From assembly GCA_000002445.1 (NCBI GenBank), contig CM000208.1, positions 544,001 to 608,000 on the forward strand: a stretch of 64,000 bases of DNA, read 5' to 3'. Of this stretch, positions 20,864-31,088 are shown piece after piece. Position 1 is the first letter of the stretch, and each line of letters begins with the position of its first letter. The translations under genes and the position numbers were made by a program. This DNA is from Trypanosoma brucei. Taxonomy: Eukaryota. The notes beneath the pieces were generated by a model. It had not been told where the DNA came from, ran no database searches, and saw only the letters and a program-made list of their open reading frames with translations.

Positions 20864-21880
20864 ATGAGCCGTGTGCCGCATCCTTCTGGGGTTGACATTT
20901 TATTCGACAGCAAATGGCATCAGTACAAAATCGGCAACTGTGCCCTCCGCTCCGTCTCAAAACTTCTCGACAAACACTTTCCATTTGATGAGAAGCGAGC
21001 TCTTGCGGCGGTGGCTAAGAAGACAGGTCAGACGACAGAGGAGGTGAAGGCCAGTTGGAATAGGCAGGCGCTTCTGGGGAAAAATATCCACGAATACATT
21101 GAGTGTAAACTGCGCGGCCTTCCACCCCCAACCTGGACACTGTTACTCAAGAAAAAGCGGAGGAAGGAAGATGTGTTCCGCCATCAGGACATCCGAGAAG
21201 GCAGCAAAAAGAAGAAAAAGGACAAGAAAAGTGATGGTGACTCCGAAGGGTCTGAGGGAAGTGATGGGAAGAAACATGCATCGCGAGGAAGCAAAAGCCT
21301 TATTGATACGCTGTTGCATGGAGAGGAGGAGGCTTATATGGTGGTAGCGGATCGTGTGGTGGAAACTATTGAGTGCAATTATGATATCATAGCCGTTGAG
21401 CAAGTTATTGCTAGCGTGCCGTGGGGAATAGCGGGGACGGTAGACCTCATCGCACGCAACAAGCGGACTGGTAGATTACTTATTGGAGATTGGAAAACAA
21501 GCGGCACTGTCGCAAGCAGCTTTCGTTTCAGTCCCTTCGAAACACCGTGCACTGGATGTCTCCTACATTTGCCCAATAGCCGGTTTCATCGTTACGCCAT
21601 GCAAGTTGCCATCTATGGTGAGATCCTGAAGAATGATCAGTACTTAGAAAAGGGGTTCTTCGGCAAGAAAATAGAACCTCTGAACAAAGACATAGGGGAG
21701 ATCAACTTAAGTCCTGCGATGGTCAACGAAGCCCTGGAGTACGGCATTGTTCAGATGCAGAAGAATGATGCGGGTAGTGTTTGTGTAGAATTCAAGGAGG
21801 TGAAGGAATCCACCGTTATGCCCGTAGATGCAACTGATTGCACCTTTTTGCAGCTTCTGCACAGCGTTATGCGAGGATGA
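20864..21880 (+). CDS. Nuclease of the PD-(D/E)XK superfamily, resembling MGME1 (338 aa), with a Lys/Ser/Asp-rich low-complexity insertion
   Basis: GTVDLIARNKRTGRLLIGDWKTSG fits the D...(D/E)xK core and is similar to the MGME1 (G.D....Y.G.L.VIDWKTS) motif. Insertion KKKRRKEDVFRHQDIREGSKKKKKDKKSDGDSEGSEGSDGKK. Confidence 0.5.
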   Translation: MSRVPHPSGVDILFDSKWHQYKIGNCALRSVSKLLDKHFPFDEKRALAAVAKKTGQTTEEVKASWNRQALLGKNIHEYIECKLRGLPPPTWTLLLKKKRRKEDVFRHQDIREGSKKKKKDKKSDGDSEGSEGSDGKKHASRGSKSLIDTLLHGEEEAYMVVADRVVETIECNYDIIAVEQVIASVPWGIAGTVDLIARNKRTGRLLIGDWKTSGTVASSFRFSPFETPCTGCLLHLPNSRFHRYAMQVAIYGEILKNDQYLEKGFFGKKIEPLNKDIGEINLSPAMVNEALEYGIVQMQKNDAGSVCVEFKEVKESTVMPVDATDCTFLQLLHSVMRG

Positions 21881-22941
21881 TGATTCGTTAAATCATATAT
21901 GCGTATGTGCATATATATATATATATATAACAACGAAAGGACAATGAAGTATGAGCAAACATCAGTGGTGTAGCGATTAGGCATTTTGAAGGAAGTGTAG
22001 TGGCTGTAGTAAGGTTCTTGAAAATAGAAATACAGATGCGTGGGTATTCTCTTCCCCGTCAGCAGATAAATATAGAAAAAAACATTAAAGCTCCCCCTCT
22101 GCTCTATCGTCCGTTGGTTTTGTAGTCTCTCTATATTTTACCTTGTTATTTTGTCGTTGTACGAAGTATGAAGTGGTGCATTTCACATCACTGTTTTCTC
22201 CCCTACCCTGTTGCATACATATTCTTGTTTCTATCCTTCTCTTAACTATGTTTTCTCCCCTTTTTTTTATTTCTTTGATCTAATTCCTTCGGTTTGCGTC
22301 ACAATCGTTACGAAGGGGGTGTAACGCAACCTTCCGGCTGTTCCATACGACTGCTGTAGCATAAAAAGGCGTAGGAATCTTAGGGGCATACCATAACAAC
22401 GAAAAAGGGGCTGCTGTAGGGGAAGGCAAAGCGGGAGTGCAAGAAAGAAAGAAAGAAAGAAAGAAGGAGGCGAAGAAAAAAATAAAATAAAGGAATCAAA
22501 ACTGCTTAAGAGACCCTGGTAGTGGCTTCGCAACATAAACAAACGCACCTTTATTTTTTTACATTGGAGTTATTAGGGGAAGTTGTTATTGTACGTGGGC
22601 GAAGCGCGTGCATACTTGTGCGAATTTTGTCTTCATTTTTTGTTTCAGTTATTTTTTTCTTTTTGTGACTAAATTACTTCGTTTTATTTGTTTTCCAGCT
22701 CACCAGGATACCTGCTGACGGTATTTATTAAATTTGTCTTCACTGCACGATATTAGTAATATTGTGATTGTTATTGTTATTAACGTTATTATCGGATCTG
22801 GTTACTGAACCGGTGTCTGCGCACAAGGACCAGTCACCTCTTGGTTCTCCGTTCCATTCGCTTTGCGCACTATACTTCCAACCGGAGAGAAGTTCCCCGA
22901 AAAAAAAAGAAAATTAATTTAAATTAAATTAAAAAACGGAA

Positions 22942-24930
22942 ATGGGGGGAAGTTATTCCACGGTTAAAACGCAGCGGGAGTTGAGGAATGCTGACTTGAA
23001 GGTCTCACCTAAGTCTCCAAATTCATTTGGAAGAGGCGATGTGCGACCAACTCCATCAAAGGCACTCCCGAGTGCCGCAAGAGGTACGTTGCCTACACGC
23101 GTTGCTCAGGTTAAAGTCCAGCGAGAGCAGGGGCAAGATGAGGGCGCATCGCGAGCACAGGAGTCATCATTTCAGGCTTTGCCTCATCTTCCTACTTCAC
23201 GGAGCCAATCCTTTTCGAATGTAGCACAAAAGTGTGGTCCGCTATCGGGTACACCAAATACGCCATCAACGTCGTTGTACCGAAGCAACATTCTGTCACC
23301 TTCTTCCACCACAGTAAATGGTGGTGTGTTCGGTTCTCCCTCGACCACCGCCATACCGACGCGTTCATCACCCTCTCAGACGCAATACTTGGAAATCAGT
23401 GGTTATCCAGTGGGATTGGAGAACTATGGTAACACCTGTTACTTCAATGCAGTGCTGCAGTTGCTTTACCACTGTTCTCCACTGCGCATGCGTATGCTAG
23501 AGCTTAATGCGATATACGAGAAGAAAAAGGGCAGTTCGCGGTTCGATAGTAGCACCATACTTGCGCTCACAGCAGACCTTTTTGCGAAGATGCATAAAGT
23601 GAACAATAACAAGAAGCGGCAAAAGGGTGTCCCGACACCGCGGGGTTTGCTCAACAGAGTGCGGCAGCTCAACTCTATGTTCAACAACAATCATCAACAC
23701 GATGCACATGAGTTTGCCATGTTTCTCCTGAACGAACTTGTTGAGACTGAGTCTCATTTGATGTCTGACGAAAGGAATCGGACACTCTTCATGCGGGATG
23801 AGGGAAAAGAATCGAAGACATCACAATGGTTTTCTTCCCTCTGGTCTCGTCGACAGAAAGAAACCAAAAAAGGTGCGGAAAGATCACAATCCGATGTGAA
23901 GGAAGCAAATGAGTCATGCACAACGGTGGACTGTCTTGAACTCCCGCGAATCTTTAGCGAGGGTGAGGTGTGTGCCATGAAACTCCCTTCATTGACGAGG
24001 TTGAAGAGCAGTGACTTTTCAGACGGGGTTGGTGGCACAAGTTTGTACTCCACTTCTGGTTGGGATTGGGGCGCTCCACCTTCTCTGGAAAAGATTTTAA
24101 CTGGTCAGTTTGTATCGCTTACGGGATGCTGCGAGTGTGAGAATGTGTCCGTTACCCGTGAGGCGTTCATTGATATTGGCCTGAATGTCGTGCAGGGTTC
24201 ATCGCTGCGTCGGTGCGTGGAAGAGTTGAGTGTCACGGAGGTTTTTGATGGAGAAAACAAAATGAATTGTGAGCGGTGCGGAAAAAAAGTTGCAGCACGG
24301 CGTGCCATGTGGATTAATCGGCTGCCTGAATATGCTTTGTTGGTGCACCTCAAGCGCTTTCACTACGACGAGAAGACTGGAAAAATGAGAAAACGAAGCG
24401 AGCACATCGCCCTCCCGCGGGAGATTGATGTTGTGGAATATGAACCATGTGGAGAAAAGTGCAATGAAGCGGCTGGTGATGGATCATTTTGTTGCGAAGA
24501 GGACACCTCTGGACCGGAATTCCGCCGCCCCTTGACATCTTCTCCCGTACAATCGACATTAGCAGGGATCGCATCTTCAAATGATGCGGGTTGTAGTAAC
24601 AGCTGCATTGGCTCCAGCTGCGGTGATATCAATAGTACAACCACTACGTCTGAGCCACATTTTCGGCTGCTTCAGAAGTTGCATGTCATGCCGCGTTGCA
24701 AAGGCCGCTTTGCTTTAAGTGGTTTCGTCGCCCACCGTGGAAGCGGACTCAGCTCTGGGCATTATTTTACATGTGTTCGTCATGAAAGTGCGTGGCGCTG
24801 CTTCGATGACAACAACGTGACGGAACTAACGGACCGCGAGATGCAGCGTTTCTGGGGCACGCCAGTGGATTTGGGCGAAGTTGTCACCACCACCACGGCA
24901 TATTTGCTTCTGTACGAGCGAGTTGCGTAA
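22942..24930 (+). CDS. Ubiquitin carboxyl-terminal hydrolase (USP, peptidase C19), 662 aa
   Basis: Cys box GLENYGNTCYFNAVLQLLYHC. His box region SGHYFTCVRHESAWRCFDDNNVTEL ... YLLLYERV. N-terminal MGGSYS fits a myristoylation-type MGxxxS start. Confidence 0.85.
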   Translation: MGGSYSTVKTQRELRNADLKVSPKSPNSFGRGDVRPTPSKALPSAARGTLPTRVAQVKVQREQGQDEGASRAQESSFQALPHLPTSRSQSFSNVAQKCGPLSGTPNTPSTSLYRSNILSPSSTTVNGGVFGSPSTTAIPTRSSPSQTQYLEISGYPVGLENYGNTCYFNAVLQLLYHCSPLRMRMLELNAIYEKKKGSSRFDSSTILALTADLFAKMHKVNNNKKRQKGVPTPRGLLNRVRQLNSMFNNNHQHDAHEFAMFLLNELVETESHLMSDERNRTLFMRDEGKESKTSQWFSSLWSRRQKETKKGAERSQSDVKEANESCTTVDCLELPRIFSEGEVCAMKLPSLTRLKSSDFSDGVGGTSLYSTSGWDWGAPPSLEKILTGQFVSLTGCCECENVSVTREAFIDIGLNVVQGSSLRRCVEELSVTEVFDGENKMNCERCGKKVAARRAMWINRLPEYALLVHLKRFHYDEKTGKMRKRSEHIALPREIDVVEYEPCGEKCNEAAGDGSFCCEEDTSGPEFRRPLTSSPVQSTLAGIASSNDAGCSNSCIGSSCGDINSTTTTSEPHFRLLQKLHVMPRCKGRFALSGFVAHRGSGLSSGHYFTCVRHESAWRCFDDNNVTELTDREMQRFWGTPVDLGEVVTTTTAYLLLYERVA

Positions 24931-24980
24931 ATATATATACATTTTTTCTTGTGGGTAGTGCCGCCCCATCCGCCCATGCA

Positions 24981-24985
24981 CATAT

Positions 24986-25023
<38 letters not shown>

Positions 25024-25027
25024 GTAC
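24981..25027. repeat. (CA)n(TA)n compound microsatellite
   Basis: cacacacacacacacatatatatatatatatatatatat seen directly. Confidence 0.85.
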
Positions 25028-26563
25028 GTACATGCAGATAAAGGAGTGTTAGTGTGGAGTAATTGGTGTAACATGGGTTGCTCAACAAAAGAATAATAGT
25101 GAGAGAATAAGTAAAGCAAGCGGGAAGTTGTATTATTAGTTTTTTGCAGTTGTCGCTCGATGTCTTCTTATTTTCTTTTCATTTACCTCCATCGCTTATC
25201 CTTTTTCGTTTCCATGAGTACTTTCCGGTTTTGTTGTTGTTCTTGAGTGTGTCAGTGCACGGGTACTTTCATGACATTTTGTAGCCTCATTCTTTTCTTC
25301 TCTTCATTTCTCGCCATCCGTTAGAATCGTCCGAAAATCTGCTGCGCCTACTGGTCGTATTTTTTCTTTTTTCTTTTTTATAGAGTTAAGGCCATCAGTG
25401 CTGCTGCTCCGACGCACCTTTACGCAGTAATTAAGTAAGTAATGAACATAAGGGCGAGGAAATGGGTGGGGATTTGCGTCAGTGCTTTTGTGCTGCTGCC
25501 GAGCGTTTCCTCACGCGAGTGAAGTTCTACGCATTCATGTGATATTTAAATTTTTCCCTTATTTATTTATTTCTCTATCTGATTTCGACGCACGGCATGC
25601 AGCAGTTGTGTGTGTGTTTCGCCGTTGACGGAAGGGGACGATGTTGTGGTAAGTGACGGAGTGAAGCGGGGAGAAAATGAAAGTAAGAGTCAAACTGATG
25701 TTGGAGGATATTAGCTAAAGAGAAGAGGTGAAAAAGGATGGGACAACGGGTTATTTTCTTTTAAACAACAATCTACACACACACAAAAAAACAAACAAAC
25801 ACGTATTTCTTTATATTTTATCGGCATAATTATCATTTTTTTTTCCTCTTGACTACACTGTAGCATCTGTACATAGTCCTCCATTCGTTGCGTTGAGCGT
25901 TTTTTTTACTTTTTAAAAGTTTAACACGGACCTCGCTGCACGTTGTGCACGTGCATGTTTTAATTGCGATATTTTTTCGGTCACCTTGTGTTGTTTTCGC
26001 TTTTGCTTTTGTTGTTGTCGTTTTTTTTCTTTTTACTACTTACTTGGTTTATTCTGCTCTCCTCACGTTTTCATTCATGCGTTTCTTTGCTGAGTGTCAA
26101 CATGAGTGTGTTTCGGGATGTTGTTGCCTAAGAGCTTTTTATATATGGTACATGATACACAAATGAAAAAGTAAATAATAAATATATTTATTATTTATTT
26201 ATACTAGTGGTGCCTATTTATGTGTGTGTTTAGTGATAATGCATCGCGTTCGTTTTACACCCCCTCGTATTTTTTTCTGCGCACACGTTTTCATACCTCT
26301 TTGTGTCGATGAATATGTTGTGCTGCAACTCAACGGGGGTGGTGGTGGGCAAATTATACTAAAAAAATAAGTAAAGACACAGACGCATTGGCGAATAGTT
26401 AATATGGAAATGAATATATGCACATCATGTATTTACCTCATGTTCCCTTTCATTCTACTCTTTCTCCATGAATTTCCGTTTTTGCAACATGAAAAATAAA
26501 TAAGAGAAGCGGCACAAAGGTCTACGTGAGAAGGGGGGGGATCGAAAAAGAAAAGAAAACGAC

Positions 26564-29500
26564 ATGATGCGGAGGACTCTTCGTTGTATGATTCCCGCTG
26601 CTTCCAGTTCATCCACCTCCATTGCAGCGATTCGGAGGCGGCAGCAGCAGCAGCGACATCATTCTCAAGGTCAAACTAACTGGAGATGTGCTCCAACTTT
26701 TAATGAGTCGAATGTGTTAACTGAAACTAACGCGTCTGCTGCCGTAAGGTCTGGCAGTTCAAAGTCCTTATGGCTTTGTGAGGCGCGTCAGGTGACACTG
26801 TCCGATGTCAAGCGTGACTATATCAGCAAGCGGTTGTTGGATAAGAAGACGCGTTTTGTTGTGCGACAGCGGCTTCGTGAGGGAGGTGCAACATCAAATT
26901 TCTTTCCGTTACTTTTTAGCCAACCCATCGTATTGTACTCATACGAAATCGAAGCCACACGCCGTCCTTTGCACGCATTGAAAGCACCCAGTGGGGAGGA
27001 AGTGCCACCACAGTGTAGCGGAGGTAAAACGGGAAAGACAAGGAAGGGGAAAAGTAAAATTACAGCACCTGAAAAAATATCGTCGGTACCTGTGAGACGG
27101 GTGGAGTGCTCTCGGGCGTGGAGGGCTGTGCAACGGTACCTAAGGCGTTGCCTCCCAAATGCACCGCCGCTTGTTAATCTCCGGCAACAAATTTACACAA
27201 CCGCTCCACTTCCAGTTGTTGCTCTGCAGCTACCACCCGAGTGCCTGGACTTAGGATGGGTGGAGTGCAAGCTGCATTTCAGGGGAAAGACCAAACTTAC
27301 TGAAATGGATTCTGCGGAAATGCAGGAGACTGTCAATAAGATTGTGTTGTGGGCGCTGAGGAATGGTGGGTCTAACCAAAAAGGACATCAGTTTTGCGTG
27401 GCGAGGGAAGCTAATGGGAAGGTTGTTCATATACACGACGCTGTGTCGGTGGACGGCCTCCGTGTTTTCAAGGGGACTTTGATTCGGGCCACGTTTGTTA
27501 GCTCTGGAGACGATGCAGAAGATGTGCCGTCGCCGGCTGTTGTACTGCCACCGTCGACCGCTGTGCTTAAGACATTAGCAGCAGGTGATTATGGTGCCAA
27601 AAAACTGCGTTTCGTCGTGGAGGAGTTTGTGCGAGGTTTCGTCTTCAAGGAGCGAAACGTGCATAGCTACAAAATTGCTGACGCCTCCGGCACCACGCAG
27701 GCATCGCTTTGGGATGCAACGGAGGAGACGAAGCTAAAGGTCGGTTGTATTTACGAGGTGACAGACTACCGCGTGCGGGTGTTTGAATCTCATAATGGCA
27801 TGCGTCTCGTGGAGATGACAGTGGGGAAGACAGGTTTCAACGTTGTTATGTCGCAGCAAGATGAGGTTACAACAGGAGAAGAGGCGGACGATAACGGGAA
27901 GGCTAAAAGCAAGGAGAGCCGAAAGGATGTTAAGAAACTCCGTAGTAAATGTGGTAAGGAGGCGTCAGCAGGCGAGGAGAGAAAGCATCAGCATCAACAA
28001 ATTGAAAAGGATGAAGCAAAACGGACAATGAAGAATACTAGTGACTGTGGTTCATTACCTCACTGCACAGGGAAACTTACTCTCAAAATTGATACCAAAT
28101 GCACCGTTGCAACCGAACTTTCATTATGGGAGGAGGTCAAACAGCATTTTGGCAGAGGCCCGTACGACCCAGCGATGGAGGAGCGAATTGCGCGCTCAGT
28201 TCAGGGAACCCCTGTGGTAATATCCACGACTCTAAGACACTCTATTGTCCGTCTCGTTAGATTTAACATGGTTGCAACTGAAGTGAATCTCGAGCCCACG
28301 CTGCAGCACTTAATACGAGAGTTAGAACCAGGGCAACCGTATGCCGTACTCGTGGACTATTCCGTCGTACCGCTTCAAGCCCTACATTGCTGTTACGACC
28401 CGCGAACGCGATCCTGGCAAGATACCAGCGTCACCGCCTGCTCTTTCATGCCTTCACAACGCCTTGAAATCCTTGAGCTGTTTCGTGCCAAATTGGAGAG
28501 CGCTATGCAGCCGTGGGGTATTACGGTTGCACCAAAACCACTGTTATCAAAGGCGCTCTCCCTCTTACCGGCGCCACAAAAGGTTTCTCCATTTGCGAAG
28601 AAACAGACGAATGACACTTCCATTGTTAACGACAACAGCAACGGCCGCCTCCGGAGTGTCGCTCCGAGTGGTTCCGTACCGCTGCGGCATCCTCCTCCCC
28701 CATCGTCACCCACAACAACTGCTGTTGTTGGAATTATTGCCTCTCACGCAAGCGAAGAGGAATCAAGTCGTGTGAAGCAGACAACGCAAGCCATAGGTCG
28801 TTACTGTCGTAGCACTACTGTCATCACAGTTCCTGATGAGCAAGAAGCGGTGCGCTACCTTGTGCAGCAGTTAATCAGTGCTGGCACAGAGGAATTGCGG
28901 GACCCCAACACTGCTGCTGTCATCGTTACGAACGAACGGGAAACACGGTTGGTAAGGTGGATGCAGGCGGAGTGCCTCACGCGTGGGATTTTGCCCCTTT
29001 TTGTGCCCCCCTGTGCTTCACCAAAACAACAGCAATTGCGTTGTGAGAACATTCGGTTGCGATTGCGTACAGTGTTTGCTACCGACCCTCTGCGTGGTGT
29101 TGATCTACAGCGTGAGGTTCCAGCAGTTGCTCAGCGACGTGTGCTTCTTGTCGGCGTCGATTCTTGTCACACACCAACTGTAAGCACTGGCAGCGTTGTG
29201 GGGATTTTGTGTACTGCGGAACGTAATCATTTGTTACCGTTCTTCTGGAAACATGAGAGACGTGGCCAGGAGGTGGAGCTAGTCTCAGAGCACTTTGAAG
29301 TTCTCATTAGCCGCGCCATGGAGTTATATGACGGTTTGGATGACGTGGTGGTTTTTCAGGATGGTGATGTTTACAGTGAGATGTCGGCAATGCAGGCACA
29401 TCTTCCGGTGGGCTGCGGTTTCACTTTCGCATGCCTTCACAAGCGTTCGGACGTGCGATTTGTCCACGAATTTCGGGGTGAAGCCAACACTTCCGGTAGC

Positions 29501-29872
29501 AAAGTTGCGGCAGGGAATGTCGTGAAGGGCACTGTCGTACAGGCCTTAACAATTCAGCGTGCGAGTGAGGATCCATTACTGGGGAATGCCGTCAACTCAT
29601 TTTATCTTCAGAACCACGATTGTGAGACATCCACTGCACGGACGGTTCAATACACGCTATATTGCACGAGCCCCACGCTGGATGTTTCAGATGTGCAGCA
29701 GTTGTCACATGTGCTTGCGCATGCGATGGCGACCCGTGCGACAAAACTCCCGATGCCAACAAGATGTGCTCATCGCCTGGCAAGTATCGTGGAGAGATTA
29801 ATTGATGCCGTTCCACCGCTGCAGTGCTCAATGATTCCCAAACCTTTGAATGAAAGACTGTGGTTCTTTTAA
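26564..29872 (+). CDS. PIWI-domain Argonaute-family protein (1102 aa), probably the T. brucei PIWI-like protein
   Basis: C-terminal third contains VLLVGVDSCHTPTVSTGSVVGILCTAE (Piwi GxDVxH block), VVVFQDGDVYSEMSAMQ (RDG block), LSHVLAHAMATRATK and a C-terminal hydrophobic tail LWFF. No obvious PAZ-like segment seen by eye. Confidence 0.65.
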   Translation: MMRRTLRCMIPAASSSSTSIAAIRRRQQQQRHHSQGQTNWRCAPTFNESNVLTETNASAAVRSGSSKSLWLCEARQVTLSDVKRDYISKRLLDKKTRFVVRQRLREGGATSNFFPLLFSQPIVLYSYEIEATRRPLHALKAPSGEEVPPQCSGGKTGKTRKGKSKITAPEKISSVPVRRVECSRAWRAVQRYLRRCLPNAPPLVNLRQQIYTTAPLPVVALQLPPECLDLGWVECKLHFRGKTKLTEMDSAEMQETVNKIVLWALRNGGSNQKGHQFCVAREANGKVVHIHDAVSVDGLRVFKGTLIRATFVSSGDDAEDVPSPAVVLPPSTAVLKTLAAGDYGAKKLRFVVEEFVRGFVFKERNVHSYKIADASGTTQASLWDATEETKLKVGCIYEVTDYRVRVFESHNGMRLVEMTVGKTGFNVVMSQQDEVTTGEEADDNGKAKSKESRKDVKKLRSKCGKEASAGEERKHQHQQIEKDEAKRTMKNTSDCGSLPHCTGKLTLKIDTKCTVATELSLWEEVKQHFGRGPYDPAMEERIARSVQGTPVVISTTLRHSIVRLVRFNMVATEVNLEPTLQHLIRELEPGQPYAVLVDYSVVPLQALHCCYDPRTRSWQDTSVTACSFMPSQRLEILELFRAKLESAMQPWGITVAPKPLLSKALSLLPAPQKVSPFAKKQTNDTSIVNDNSNGRLRSVAPSGSVPLRHPPPPSSPTTTAVVGIIASHASEEESSRVKQTTQAIGRYCRSTTVITVPDEQEAVRYLVQQLISAGTEELRDPNTAAVIVTNERETRLVRWMQAECLTRGILPLFVPPCASPKQQQLRCENIRLRLRTVFATDPLRGVDLQREVPAVAQRRVLLVGVDSCHTPTVSTGSVVGILCTAERNHLLPFFWKHERRGQEVELVSEHFEVLISRAMELYDGLDDVVVFQDGDVYSEMSAMQAHLPVGCGFTFACLHKRSDVRFVHEFRGEANTSGSKVAAGNVVKGTVVQALTIQRASEDPLLGNAVNSFYLQNHDCETSTARTVQYTLYCTSPTLDVSDVQQLSHVLAHAMATRATKLPMPTRCAHRLASIVERLIDAVPPLQCSMIPKPLNERLWFF

Positions 29873-31088
29873 TAGACCATTTCAACTGTCCAGTGACTTG
29901 AGTTTGGGATAAAAGAAAACTTTGACAGATTTTGTGTGTGTGTGTGTGTGCGCTGCATGATTTAACACACATCACGTTTCATTTTTAAATTTTCTTTGGT
30001 CCTCCGCATGGTTTTCGTTATGTTACCTCTAACAATCATTTAGTTGTTTGTTTTATCAATGCTCCGTTAATTTTTTTCTGCGAATATCGTGGAAAAACAG
30101 TTGTCAACCCTTCCCAGTTTTTTTGTCTTCACAACTAAAAAAAACCTTATTTCACTTTCCGCTAACATGCAAGTTGGGCTCCTTTCTTCTGTCGCAACTT
30201 AATTAATTGGCTCAGCAGGCGACTTTACGGATCCATATAATTGTTCAGAAGGGTGAGAAGTTGAGGATCACTGATGAGGAATTACCTTTAAGTTTATTTG
30301 CATCGTGTTTTTATGTTTTGTTCATATTTTATCTTCTTCTTTCGGTTCCTTCATTTCTCCATCGTTGATCCGTTGCAGCAATGCGACGCGGGAGCGAGTA
30401 AAAAAGTGTGATAAGTGGTGTTTTCTACCATTCAGGAGCCACTACCTTTGTTTGGCAATCCATTTTTGGTTACTATTTCTTCGTGATAATAGTAATAATA
30501 CCATTATTATTATTATTATTATTTGTCAACGTTGCTGATAATAGCGGGAGGAAATGCACGAATATTTTTTTGAAAAAGATGAAGAATGCTTCACCACGGC
30601 GTACCGTGTCTGGAAGAGAGTTGCACCAGTTTGCCTTTTTCTTTATATTTTGCATCGCCGCCGCCGCTCAGGCGAGTGACATGTCCTTCACGCATTTGCT
30701 GCTCCGGGGAATTAGGTTCTGAGGCTGTTATGCCCATGACAAGGGAATATTATCATGTCCTTTTTGTAATAATTTTTTTTTAATTATTGTTTGCAACTTT
30801 TTTGTTTTATTTTTCCTTTGGATGCAAGGCACTGATTGCTTTTGCTGTGACCAAAAGACGCACCTAGTAGCCACTTTTGAAAACTGTATTCCATGTGATG
30901 GCGAGTCGCTACGCATTTGCACTCTGTACTGGTTTGTTTGCATATTTACTCTTCCTTGCCCTGTTGTGTGAAATGAATCGTGCGTGTTTACCCTAAAATA
31001 GACAAACACATATATTAATAAGCACTAATTTGTTTATTAATATATTTATTAGGTTCACTTTTGTTTGCGGTCAGTTCATCGTAGAAAT

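Noticed and set aside
25945-26166. Short T-rich ORFs in intergenic regions (25945..26166, 30408..30722, 36534..37049, 38725..39033 and similar)
   Set aside because: Their translations are dominated by F, L and S from polypyrimidine tracts typical of trypanosomatid UTR and intergenic DNA. They are not protein-like.
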